Made by a program: the position numbers and the translations under genes. The notes under the pieces are model-generated. The model was given only the letters and a program-made list of their open reading frames with translations, searched no databases and was not told where the DNA came from. Positions 26,420-39,149 of a stretch of 64,000 bases of DNA are shown here, one piece after another. Positions within the stretch are counted from its first letter, which is position 1. Each line of letters begins with the position of its first letter. This stretch comes from the human T2T-CHM13v2.0 reference genome, Homo sapiens, in assembly GCF_009914755.1 (NCBI RefSeq), contig NC_060933.1; one strand, given 5' to 3'.

Positions 26420-27960
26420 TTAAACTGCTGAAATCCAAACTCACCATCAGCCACTAAACAATTGGTCCTCTTTTGATATTCTTTATCTCAGTAATTGGTA
26501 GATCCTTGATTTAATTCAGCTAACTAGAAATTTTGGAGAAAACCTTAACACCCCTCCTTCACATTTAACATCCAATACACTGCCAAGTGCTGATGATTCT
26601 ATCTTCCGAATCTTTCTCAAGCATGTCTAATTCTCTCCAACGCTGCCACCATGCTTAGCCATGCTACCATCATCTTCCATCAGGTCTATTATAAGAAGTG
26701 CTGTAATAGTTTTCCATGTTGTATAACCAATTACCACAGAATTATCAGCTTAAACATGATGCATTATTATCTTACAGTTTCTGTAGAACAGAAGTTCAGA
26801 GAGGGTCCCCTGCTTGGTGGCTTAAGGTTTAAATCCAGGTGTTGATTAGGCTGCTTTCTCATCTGGAGTTCTGGGCCTTCTTCCTAGCTTATTCAGAGTG
26901 TTGGCAGAACTCAGTTACTTGTGGATATAAAAATGAGGACTGTTTTCTTGCTAACTGTTGGCCAGGGAATGCTCTCAGCCCCTAGAGTCTTACCCTTAAG
27001 TCCTTCCATATGGCTCTATCCATAGGTAGTTCACAATATGTATGCTTATTTTTTTCAAGGCCAGCAGCAGAACCTCCCCTGTTTTGAATCTCTTCTTTAG
27101 GAAAGGACTGAATTCTTTTTGAAGGACTCACTTGATTAGTTCATGTCCATGATAATCTCCCTTTGTTGATCTAAAGTCTTTAATTACATCTTCAAAATTC
27201 CTTCACCTTTGCCATATAACATAGCCTTATCATGAATGTGAAATCCCACCATATCCGTAAGTCTTACTCATATTCAAGGAGAATGGATTATATAGGGTAT
27301 ATACATAGGAAGTAGGACTTTGGGAACTATCTTAGAATTCTGCATGTCACAATTGCCAGGCAGTACCTGGCATCCATCTTTGTTCCCTTCTCTAATGCTG
27401 GAAGGATTTTCTCAAACACAAATTTGATCATTTTATTCCCTAAATTAAACTCTATTTTGTTTCCCATTGCTCTTAACAATTAAAATACATTTTTACAAAG
27501 AATACAGTAGCTAGCATGTCTTGGCCCTAACTACCTCTCTAGCTGTATCTTCTACCAGATTCTTTTCAGTCTCTACATTCAAGTTAAATGATTTTTAAAA
27601 ATTCCTTTTATTTACCACGCTTCTTCTTGCCACTGGGACTTTGTACACCCTGATGTCCATCCCTGGTCCTTTCTTCCCTCTCTTTTCATCCAGTAGTTTT
27701 AATGCATTTTCTAGATCCCAGATTAAGCATCACTTCCATAGACTAACTCCTCCTTTTAAGGGCATTCTTTGCACTGTGCAGTTTTTTCAGCTTTCCAAGC
27801 TGAAATTTCTCGTCTTATGAAATAAATATTACTGTCTCCTCTACTAAGCTGCTTAGGGAAGAGACCAGTTTGAATTTTTATACCCTTGTGTGTTCCTAGC
27901 ATTAGGAATAGTAGCTAGCATAAGTTCAATCAATATATGATGACTGACTAAATGAAATAA
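26420..27960 (+). mobile_element. L2 LINE remnant split by an MLT1 LTR
   Basis: aatccaaactcacc, acatccaatacactgccaag, ttcctagcattaggaatagtagctagcataag..tgactgactaaatgaa. Confidence 0.7.
26702..27352 (-). mobile_element. MLT1 (E/F/G-like) MaLR LTR
   Basis: aattaccacaga..ttattatcttacagtttctgtag ... atcttagaattctgcatgtcaca. Confidence 0.8.
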
Positions 27961-27970
27961 AATTTCTCAC

Positions 27971-28580
27971 ATGGTATCTTTCATATTTGGTTCTGAAAAG
28001 AAATGTGGTCTTCTTTCTAAAGCAATTAATTATATTCGTGAATATTTGCTTATAGTTTATGTTTTTGAAGCAGTAATTAATGGTGTGAACCCTTTAATAG
28101 AGTGTATATGGACCTAATGTGAAAGTGACATATTTGAAAATTGCCTTTCTATGAAAAGGCTCAGATTTTGAACAACTTAGAACAAATTGATTAATCTCTT
28201 ACTGTCATAAGGATCACCATCATTTAAAGGAATATTAAAATATTTGCCGAGAGGTTTTAATTGTAAGATTTTTGAAAAGAAAAACTATATTCTGACACGT
28301 GAAAATTTGAAAGACATTTTAGTATTAAAATTGTAGACATAACAAAATCTAATAGAACATACAATAGCAAAATATAGTTGTAGACATAACAAAATCTAAT
28401 TGAACATATAATAGCACAATATAAAACTGCAAACACTTAGACCTGTAGGAATCTTAGTAAAAAAGTAATTAACCAAGTTGATTATACTTTTAATCTGATT
28501 AACTCCATATAAGGAATCTCCCATGTTAAAATTAGAATATTAATTTGAATAAGAGAAGGAATGTGTAGGAGAAAGAAATC
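27971..28580 (-). pseudogene. FN3 remnants plus a 22-nt micro-exon (27992-27971)
   Basis: ggcAG|GFLSPTH/INILILTWEIP (28580-28500); VVQNL/EPF...LGPYT..RVHT (28180-28082); ttcttttcAG|22 nt|GTGAGA. Confidence 0.55.
28331..28424 (+). repeat. 47-bp tandem duplication (2 copies)
   Basis: ttgtagacataacaaaatctaat.gaacata.aatagca.aatata occurs twice. Confidence 0.9.
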
Positions 28581-28766
28581 CTGCCAAACCTAATGCCTAC
28601 CAAACAGAGATGTGTATTATTGAAAAAGACTGATCTACTAAATTGCCACATTTTCCAGAGTTCATTTTCTTATGTCTGCCTAGGTTTTCAGATTCAATAT
28701 TCTAAAAAAAAAAAAAAATTCAAGACTCGCCTCTGCACCCAAGTATTCTAGAAGATAGGACCCTGA

Positions 28767-29168
<402 letters not shown>

Positions 29169-29887
29169 TAATATATCTTAGAGATGTATATTACCAGTTA
29201 TAAACTAAGAAAATTACCTTTGCAAATTGATGTATGACATGATATGACTATTTCTTGAAGAATAAACAATATTTTAAAAACAAGTATGTATAAGAACAAT
29301 CTCTCAAACAGGATCATTCTTAGTACATATCTAGTTCAAATTTGGAAGCCTACTATTAGATGCATACACATTTATGATTGTTATATAATTTTAATGAATT
29401 GATCCTTTATCATTATATAATGTTTCTCATTATTCCTGACAATATGACTTGTTCTAATGTTTACTTTGTCTAATCTCAACATAGCCACTAAAACTTTATT
29501 TTGATTAGAATTTGCATAGTATATCTGATTTCTGTCTTTTACTTTTAACCTATCTATATCTTTATATTTAAAGTGGATTTATTATAGACAATACATAAAT
29601 GAGTTTTGCTGTTCTATCAAATCTATCAATCTTTACTTTTAATTAGGGTGTTTACCCGATGAATGTTTAAGGCAATTTGTATCATCCGATTTACATTTGC
29701 CACCTTGCTAGTTGTTTTCTACTGTCTAATCTTTTATTTTGTTTCCTTTCCTTCTTTGGGGATACTTGAGCATTTGAAAGTGACTTTATTTTATCTTCCT
29801 GATAAGCTTATTTTTTACACCTCATTTTAATTTTTAAATTGCCATTCAAGGTTTTACAATATACACTTTTTTTTGACATGGATTTTT

Positions 29888-32120
29888 ACCAAAGAGAAAA
29901 ACCACATGATTATCTCAATAGATGAAGAAAAGGCCTTTGATAAAATTCAACATCCCTTCATGTTAAAAACTCTCAATAAAATAGGTATTAATGGAACATA
30001 TCTCAAAATAGTAAGAGCTATTTATGACAAATCCACAGCCAATATAATAATGAATGAGCAAAAGCTGGAAGCATTCCGTTTGAAAACAGACACAAGACAA
30101 GGATGCCCTCTCTCACCACTCCTATTCAACATAGTATTGGAAGTTCTGGCCAGGGCAATCAGGTAAGAGAAATAAATAAAGAGTATTCAAATAGGAAGAA
30201 AGGAAGTCAAATTGTCTCTGTTTGCAGACAACATGATTTTACATTTAGAAAACCTCATCATCTCAGCCCCAAAACTCCATGAACTGATAAGCAACTTTAG
30301 CAAAGTCTTAGGATACAAAATCAATGTGCAAAAATCACAAGCATTCCTTTACACAAACAATAGGTAAGCAGAGATCCAAATCATGAATGAATTTCCATTC
30401 ACAATTGCTTTAAGGAGAATAAAATACCTAAGAATACAGCTAACAAGGGAGGCTGAAGGACCTCTTCAAGGAGAACTACAAATCCCTGCTCAAGGAAATA
30501 AGAGGGACACAAACAAATGGAAAAACATTCTATCCTCATGGATAGGAAGAATCAATACCATGAAAATGGCCATACTGCCCAAAGTAATTTATAGATTCAA
30601 TACTATTCCCATGAAACTACCATTGACATTCTTCACAGAATTAGAAAAAAAACTATTTTAAATTTCATATGGAATGAAAGAAGACCCTGTATAGCCAAGA
30701 CAATCTTAAGAAAAAAAATTGTAGGCATCACACTACCTGACTTCAAACTATGCTACAAGCCTACAGTAACCAAAACAGCATGGTACTGGTACCAAAACAG
30801 ATATACAGACAAATGGAGCAGAATGGAGACCTCAGAAATGCCACCACTCATCTCAACCATTTGATCTTCAACAAACCTGACAAAAACAAGCAATGGGAAA
30901 AGGATCTCCTATTTAGTAAATGTGCTAGGAAAACTGGCTAGCCATATGCAGAAAACTGAAACTGGACCATTTACTTACACCTTATACAAAAATTAACTCA
31001 AGATGGATCAAAGACCTAAATGTAAAACCCAAAACCATAAAAACCCTAGAAGAAAACCTAGGCAATACCATTAAGGACATAGGCATGGGCAAAGACTTCA
31101 TGACTAAAACACCAAAAGCAATGACAACAAAAGCCAAAATTGACAAATGGGATCTAATTAAACTAAAGAGCTTCTGCACAGCAAAAGAAACTATCATGAG
31201 AGTAAAAAGGCAACCTACAGAATGGGAGAAAATTTTTGCAATCTGCCCATCTGACAAAGGTCTAATATCCAGAATGCACAAGGAGCTTAAGCGTATTTAC
31301 AAGAAAAAAACAACCCTATCAAAAAGTGGGCAAAGGATATGAACAGACACTTCTCAAAAGAAGACATTTACATGGCCAACAAACATATGAAAAAAAGCTC
31401 AACATCACGGATATTCAGAGAAATGCAAATCAAAACCACAATGAGATATCATCTTACACCAGTCAGAATTATGATTATTAAAAAGTCAGGAAACAATAGA
31501 TGATGGCAAAGCTGTGGAGAAATAGGAACACTTTTACACCACTGGTGGTATGTAAATTAGTTCAGCTGTTGTGGAAGACAGTGTGGCGATTCCTTAAGGA
31601 TCTAGAACCAGAAATACTATTTGACCAAGCAATCCAATTACTGAGTAAATACCCAAAGGAATATAAATCAGTCTACTATAAAGACACATGCACACATACG
31701 TTTATTACAGCACTATTTACAATAGCAAAGAAATGGAACCAACCCAATTCCCCATCAATGATAGGCTGGATAAAGACAATGTGGTACATATACATCATGG
31801 AATATTATGCAGCCATAAAAAGGAAGGAGATCTTGTCCTTTGCAGGGACATGGATGAAATTGGAAGCCATCATCTTCAGCAAGCTAACACAGGAACAGAA
31901 AACCAAACACCACATGTTCTCACTCATAAATGGGAGCTGAACATTGAGAACACATGGACACAGAGAGGGGAATAGCACACACCAGGGCCTGTTGCTGGGG
32001 TAGGGGGTGAGGGGAAGGCACTTAGAGGACAGATCAATAGGTGCAGCAAACCACCATGGAACACATATACCTATGTAACAAACCTGCACGTGTATCCCAT
32101 TTTTTGGAATAAATTAAAAA
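29888..32120 (+). mobile_element. 5'-truncated L1PA8-like LINE (ORF2 RT C-terminal part + 3'UTR, disabled)
   Basis: ORF-track peptides [41 protein letters not shown]; 3'UTR cttagaggacagatcaataggtgcagc; possible TSD atatacactttt. Confidence 0.95.
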
Positions 32121-32224
32121 TATATATACACTTTTAAGCTATTGAAGCATGTCATCAAATATTATTCTCCTTCACAATGTAGTATTAATTTCTTCCCTCT
32201 CATCCTTTGCTATTACTTTTGCGG

Positions 32225-32227
<3 letters not shown>

Positions 32228-32271
<44 letters not shown>
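32228..32271 (+). repeat. (TA)n microsatellite
   Basis: Read directly from the sequence. Confidence 0.95.
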
Positions 32272-32274
<3 letters not shown>

Positions 32275-32534
32275 AGTGATATATTGTTAGCATTTTGCTC
32301 TGGAGATAATTATATTTTACAGAAATTAAAAACAAAATGCATCATATATTTACTCTGACTTTGCAAAGACTAAATTCTTCATGTCTTGTGTAGATCAAAA
32401 TTTCTTGCTGGTATCATATTCCAGCCTGCAAGACTTTCTTCAATATTTTTTTGTAATGCAGGTCTGTTGTTAATGAATTCTCTCAAGTTTTGTTTGTTTA
32501 TAAAAATATTAATGTTACCTTCAGTTTGTCTTTA

Positions 32535-32965
32535 CATAAAAGAAGTTCAGAAGCATCATGGTTCCAGGGATGGTTAAACCAGTGATTCAACAGCACCATT
32601 CAGCATTGTTTTTTAAAATATTTATTCTCTGCCGCCCTAGGAATGTTGGCTCTTGTCTTAACCTTCATAACCACAGTATGACTGGATCAGCCCAAAGAAT
32701 CTTATAGTTTGGTGCATGAACGCCTGAAAAGAGAATGCCTCTTTGTTCTTCTCCCAGAACACAAAGAGCATGTTTTCCCCATTGCCCATTGGCTTGAATA
32801 ATATTACGTACATACTTTTAAAATACTCTTTATCAAGGAGATTGCTACTAACATTTTCCCCGAAGGTTGTACAGAGGTCCAGATCCTCCTAACATAGAAG
32901 ACTGCTCCGATACAATTGCAGTTCTGTAAGTGTAGGAATTGACTGTTGGGTAGACAACCAAGAGA
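32535..32965 (-). mobile_element. Old MLT1 (J/K/L-like) LTR
   Basis: cattggcttgaa ... tgactgttgggtagacaacca. Confidence 0.5.
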
Positions 32966-33519
32966 GGTAGCCTAGACCTGCTCTCACTTTTATTATTTCA
33001 ACTTGGTAAGAAATAGATGTTGTCAAATGTGTTGGTTTTTCATTTCATAAAATGAGAATTATGAGAGGAAATTGACCTTAAGCCACTTTTATCTTCAGTC
33101 ATTTAAGGAAGTTATTTCTTCTACATATCAATGATGTGTTTAGGCACTCGCACACAATGTCTTACATACATCTGGGGAGGTTTTCTGAGATGCCTTCCCT
33201 CAAGAAGCCACAGGAAAACAAGTAAAAGATGTCATCTCTAGTTATTTACTATGTTTAGTTTACATGTCTTAACTCATATTTAAACATCATAGAATCATAA
33301 ACCATTGCATGAGATTAAAATAAAACTTTCTTCTTACTTTCCATTTAGTTACTTAGTGTACTCATCAAGTGCATACACAGCTTCTGGTAAACATGTTCTC
33401 AGAAAAGGAATTTACCACAGTCTGAGGAAATCAGTTTAAATCATAAGGTTTCTTACAGTAAACCATGTTTTTTCTCTAGAGAGAGTTTCAAGCTGCATGT
33501 GTCACTTCTGCCCTCTGGC

Positions 33520-33715
33520 TGCAGTGGTGTGCTGGAGCTGGGCTTGATGGGTTTGAAAGGCAATTGTGTGTATCTCTTCTCAGCTCTACATTCAATGGCT
33601 TCACATTGGTAGCCTGAAATTAACTGCAGTGGAAACATTTACACTACAAAAATCAGCAAATACCACAAATCAGGATTTTTTACTTCAAAAAATTAGTTTA
33701 CCAACATATCACTGC
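33520..33715. mobile_element. MER63-like hAT element
   Basis: cagtggtgtgctggagc ... ttaccaacatatcactg terminal inverted repeats. Confidence 0.65.
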
Positions 33716-33819
33716 CTCTGGGGTAACATACATTAAACTCCACCTTTCACAAAAATTACTAAAATATTTTAGATTATTTCCCTCTACCTCCTCCACTACC
33801 TTCCTATCTCTTCTTTTCC

Positions 33820-33990
33820 ATGTTAAAATAAACATCCTTGTTCAACTGTTTTTTCTAAACATATTGTTTTGTGTATTTTCATCATGTTAGTCTTACAGGA
33901 AAACAAAACAAAAGAAAGCACCAATATGTTAATAACTCTATTAAAATGTGATATCCAAAATAGTCTAATGTCCTTTGGAGGTCCCTTGTA
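33820..33990 (-). pseudogene. FN3 start remnant
   Basis: GPPKDIRLFWISHFN/IELLTYW. Confidence 0.4.
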
Positions 33991-34149
33991 CACAGGTACC
34001 ATCATACTATTATTCTTAGTTTTTTATTTGTATAAAATAACAATAACTTGTTTTGTAGATACTTGGTTATATTAGTTCATGTTAAACTTACAGTTTTAGC
34101 TTCTTGAAGAATGTGAACTATTCTCTATATTTATACCACACATTTAGGC

Positions 34150-34367
34150 CAGTGGGTGGCAAGCTGCTTTCTGTAAAAGGCCACATAATAATTATTGCAG
34201 GCTTTGGGCATATGGTCTTTGTTGCAGCTACTAACGATGCAGTTGTAGCACAAAAACAGCCAGAGATAATATATAAATGGACAGGCAGGATTGTGTCTCA
34301 ATAAAACTTTATTTATAAAAATAGATGGCAGCATGACATGACTTGAGGACCATAGTTTGCACACCTC
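34150..34367 (+). mobile_element. MER58A
   Basis: ggcaagctgctttctgtaaaaggcca...caataaaactttatttataaaaatag...catagtttgc. Confidence 0.85.
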
Positions 34368-34834
34368 TTATTTTGTCCAACAGAGTAAGGCAAGAACTGC
34401 ACTATTTGTATTAAAAATCAGTGCAATAAGGTGTATAACCCTCTTTAGGTTAAGTGCTCTTAATCTGAGTTCCATTAATTGTAGATAGATTTCACTGGGT
34501 CTGTGAACCCTGAAGTTTCTAAGTAAAATGTTTTGGGCATATATATTTATGAAGAAGAGGATACATAATTGAAATTAGATTCTCAAAGCAGCCAATAACC
34601 TACTTCTTACCCACACCCTCAAAGAAGGGGGTGAACCTCTGCCTTGGATGACTATAATAATGTAAGAGTAGTTAAGACGTCCAAGCTGTGGGAGCAATTG
34701 TCAGTAGTAATTAGCAAACACAGGGAAATAGCAGCAAAGACACATAGAATAACAATATAATCAACAAAACCTATATTAAAATAAACGTATCATAAAAACA
34801 CATATTAAAATAAAATTCTGGATGGCTCTGACTG

Positions 34835-35158
34835 ATTTTTCTTTTCCTTTTTTTTTCTATTTTATTTTATTTTTTTGAGACAGAATCTCACTCTGTCACC
34901 CAGGCTGGAGTGCAGTGTCACTATCTCGGCTCACTGCAACCTCCACCTCCTGGGTTCAAGTGATCTCCTGCCTCAGCCTCTTGAGTAGCTAGGATTATAG
35001 GCATGCACCAGCATACCTGGCAAATTTTTATATTTTTAGTAGAGACAGGTTTTCACTATGTTGCCTAAGGTGGTCTCGAACTTTTGGCCTCAAGTGATCC
35101 GTTTACCTTGGCCTCCCAAAATCCTGGAATTACAAACAAAAGCCACCACACTGGGCTC
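34835..35158 (-). mobile_element. Alu (S/J)
   Basis: Full dimeric Alu. Confidence 0.95.
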
Positions 35159-36449
35159 TGTGACTGCTTTTGATGGTAATATCTACCTAGGAACAATAAA
35201 GCAAGTAGGTGCATTCAACAGGAAATAGTAAGAGCTGGTTATGAGCCAGGATCCATTCTGTGGTAAAGAATTAGAAAAATGGTATACAGAAGATCAAAGA
35301 TACATAAACTGAAACAACACGTATTGTCACTGATCACTCATTACACACACGACTCTTTTCTGTCAAATCCATATGCATTTTTTTTAAGTTGATTTACTTT
35401 TCATTATCACCAGGAGCTGGCAATTCTAAATAAGATCAGCAATAAAATACTCATTCCCCAAAAATCTTTTATTTTTTTCAATCAGTGGAAACATTTTTAT
35501 TTATTTATTTGCATCAATAGTAGAGACCAGTTTAATTCCACATAATATATATGGTATGTTAATTGAACACAAGGTTTTTGAATTCATTTACATATATGTT
35601 TTCTATAGGTCATAATGTAGAAAAATATATTTGACAAAGGTTGTACACTGTTAGAAGTCAGCTACGGAGCTATATAACTACTAAAGTATAAAACAAAAAT
35701 GGAAATTATATCTGTCTCTTTAATCACAAAAGATGTATTACTATGAAATTGTTAGCAGCCAAATTCTTAACTTTGATGAGTGTCAGGGCACACACAATAT
35801 CTAATAGCTGGTGTTTTAATAAAAATATTTAATAATAATAATATTACATAGCCTTCTGCAATGTAATACTATTCATTTTTAAGACTTCAAAGTCAATGTT
35901 TAAAGAAAAAAATACCTATTCTTATTAAATTTTCCACTCTGCAGCCAGTGGCAATTATTCAATCTCCTATTGAAAATTTATTGTTCTCGTAAAATATTTG
36001 TTTTTTCTGCCCCTTATTCTTAGATTTTTTTATTGCTGTCTGCTCAGAGAAACAAAAGCACTATGACAATAAAGATATTCATTTTTTTAATTTGTATTTT
36101 TTTGTTATTGTTAAAATCTAGCATAAAATTGTAATTTCTGACATTGCTTGGGGGTTTTATCTTCAATCATGAAATCTACAAAAACAGATGGCAATACAAA
36201 TGACAAAACATTCTTTCAGATTTTGGAGAATTCAAAAATTTGTGTGTCTGTAAATGTAAAATATCCATAACCACTTTTACACACAGTCCTTACCAAATAT
36301 AAATGTTTGTAGTGAAGGCTACATCAAGTCAAGTGGCCAAATATGTTTAATCCTGTTATGATCCAAGTATGAAAATGAGTGACTAAATGAATGTAATTTC
36401 TTTGTTTTTATTCAGCTGTAGTATGTCTATGAAAAGTACTGTATTTTCT

Positions 36450-37330
36450 TTTAAAGTAACTTAGTCTCCACACTTGGGGAAAGAAGTGTTGAATATATAT
36501 GCACACCAAAAGGCATTTTATCTGACCTAATAACCTCCAAAAACAGCACTGGCAAATAAGAGTTATGGTACAGTTGTAGGTATTTTTCCACATGGTTTTG
36601 GGCGAATGGAGAGTACCGAAGAAATGCTTCAGATAAATATATGTGCTATATATGAATATGTACCCTCCCGGTAACTGGAAGGAAAGTTTTAATTCCCACC
36701 ACATAATGGCCCATTTGCCTCGAGTGTTTCAGAATGGTTCAATAATCACTAGCCATGTGTGTAGTTTGTTGAATTATTTAAGCTTATTTCCAGGGGGAAA
36801 AAAGACAGGGAGGAAGGCAACTGATTCAATGCAAATGAAAAGCTTTTGAAGCTCCCTATGGTGAAGATGTGATTACAGTCAGACAGTTAATAACCTAGAC
36901 TTAGAAAAATCTGAAGGTTTTAAAACTGTCTGGCCAGTCAGTAAATGAGGTTTTTCCACACTATCGACCAACTGCCATGCATTGTAATGGTTTCAGATCT
37001 GTTTGGAGTTGGAGTGGACCCACAAATGAAGCAAGAATACCACCCCTGTACTTTTGATGATTAAGAAAAGTAGTTTGTAAACCTCCACGGTTTTCCTTTA
37101 GATTTGGGATTGAGTCTTTAGTGCAAACAGCTTATAGAGCCATGTATGGTGAGCACTGCTCTCTGAAAAACAAGGAGATAGAACTTGAATTGTTAATTTG
37201 CAAAGTACCTATATTTTGGGGTGAGGTGTCTCCTCTTAAACTAACCACTGTTCCTCTACCATGGATATTCAATTCGTGTATAACTGGAGAAAACTGCTGC
37301 TGCTAGACGAATTTCTGGGCAGCAGTATTC
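36450..37330 (-). pseudogene. FN3-like remnants
   Basis: DLISGK/EY near 37330; GKWAIMWWE..LPGGYIFIY...WKNTYNCTI in a largely open frame (36720-36560). Confidence 0.4.
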
Positions 37331-38014
37331 TTTCCGGATATTAGATCAAATTAAAATAGGAATTAGAAGACCTAAAAATTTATTTTAATAAAAATTATAA
37401 TACTTATCAAATAGGAATATAAAGTTGGAGACCTAAGATTTTATTTTAACCGCTACCAATAATCCGTTTGATACATGTATGAAAAATATAATTTTATTCT
37501 TGTAAATGTTCATCGAATATCTGTGTGGTACAAAATTCTCATCTACAAATCTCTTTGCAGAAATGATAGAAGGACACTTTTTATGGGTTTCATGAAGATT
37601 CTTTGTAATTAGACAAGTGTTATATATTTGATTCAGGTAAAACTTTTATATCGTTTATGCAGTAGTCATGAGAAGTTTGAACTTGCTTTGAAAACATGAA
37701 GGTAATGGCAAGTGTTTTTTCTGATTTGAGTAAAAACAACTCAAAATCTGTTATGAGCTCTGTGGATAAAATTTTCTCTTTAGACACAAAGTCTAGTTCA
37801 AGTGTTTTCTGCTTCCCTTAAATTTTAAGTGTTGGTTATTTTATTGTTGGCTAGGAGTATGAGACAAGAAACACTTTTTAAACATTTTACCTTATAAGGG
37901 ATTTTGATGCCCTTCTGTAATAATTTTCTTATTAGAATTGTTTTAGTTATTAAAACTATCCAGGATTTGTCCTCAGGGCCAACAGGAGCCTGTTATGCAG
38001 CTGCAGTAACCTGG

Positions 38015-38082
38015 GGTGTGTGTGTGTGTGTATGTGTGTGTGTGTGTGTATGTGTTTGTATGTGTGTGTGTGTGTATGTGTG
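38015..38082 (+). repeat. (TG)n microsatellite, interrupted
   Basis: Read directly from the sequence. Confidence 0.9.
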
Positions 38083-38152
38083 TCTTTCATTAAAAAAAAG
38101 TAGAGGCAAAAGGGATATTAATGTTTCTGATCCTCTGAGGGAAATTTCTTAC

Positions 38153-38260
38153 CTCCAGACCTAAGCACTGAAATTTCTTCTGCATCAGCAAAGGTGTATG
38201 ATTTAGGTAGTTTATATTCATCCACACAGAAACTTTTTTTTATTCAATTCTCTTTTAAAC
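38153..38260 (-). pseudogene. 108-nt symmetric exon candidate
   Basis: gattttacAG|...GGAG|GTAAGA; GLKEN*IKKSFCVDEYKLPKSYTFADAEEISVLRSG with a single stop. Confidence 0.45.
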
Positions 38261-39149
38261 CTGTAAAATCCCATAAATCATGAAAAAAATCCTTAAAGTA
38301 GAAGATGATCAGTTGTATAGCAAATGTAGTATTTTAAATTATTCTATCTCATAATCCCCCAACCAGATTAATTAACAGTAAGATACTTATCTTGGGGGGA
38401 AAAAAGACCCACCTACCCTTTCAAAACTCTTTTGTTATAACTCAATTATTGAGGGAGTTTACTCTTTGAATTTCATCAGCAGTTTTTGCTCTATGCTGCA
38501 TTACAGAATGAAATACTGGAGTTTCTCATTATGAATGAAGATGACTTTTTGTCAAATAAGACATAAAATGGTCACTTTTCTTATTTATTTATTTTTGCTT
38601 TCTCTCTGAAGAAAAAATTATGTAAAGAACAGAGAAAAAAGTAAGAATGCAATAACATTGGGAATTATATGAAGCTTGATTCATCTTACATTCAAAATGC
38701 TAGAATTAAATTTTTAATTAAATTATTTTTTCTTGAGAAACCACACAAGAAAGAAAACATTTGTATGTTATCTGGAAAAATTTAGACATAGTAATATTAG
38801 TTCCAAAAAAAATATTGTTTTGCAAACTTAAAAATAAATTTTATCTTCACAATATATGGTGAATTCTACTCCCTATTTTTAACATTTGGTTTCAAATCAT
38901 CAAGTTTTATATCAGGAGTCAAACTGTTTAATTGGCATAAAAGCTCAAATTGTTCAACTTGGCATAGCTACTATTTCATTTTAGAAACTGCCACGTAAAT
39001 AGCCTTTCCTTCTCCAAGATTACCAATATTTGATCTATATTTACACAAGTAAACTAAAGAAAGAGATCATTCACAAAATTATACACTTGCATTCTGTTCC
39101 AAAGTAATAAAATATTCCAAAGCAAACAGGCAACAGCCTCCATACTCAC

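Larger units (their letters stand above)
29320..32530 (-). mobile_element. Old L1M fragment split by L1PA8 (29320-29870 and 32125-32530)
   Basis: gatcctttatcattatataatg, tatatttaaagtggattt.ttatagacaa, ggtctgttgttaatgaattctctcaag. Confidence 0.7.

Noticed and set aside
29873-31975. ORFs with reverse-transcriptase-like peptides
   Set aside because: Fragments of a disabled L1 ORF2, not a host gene.
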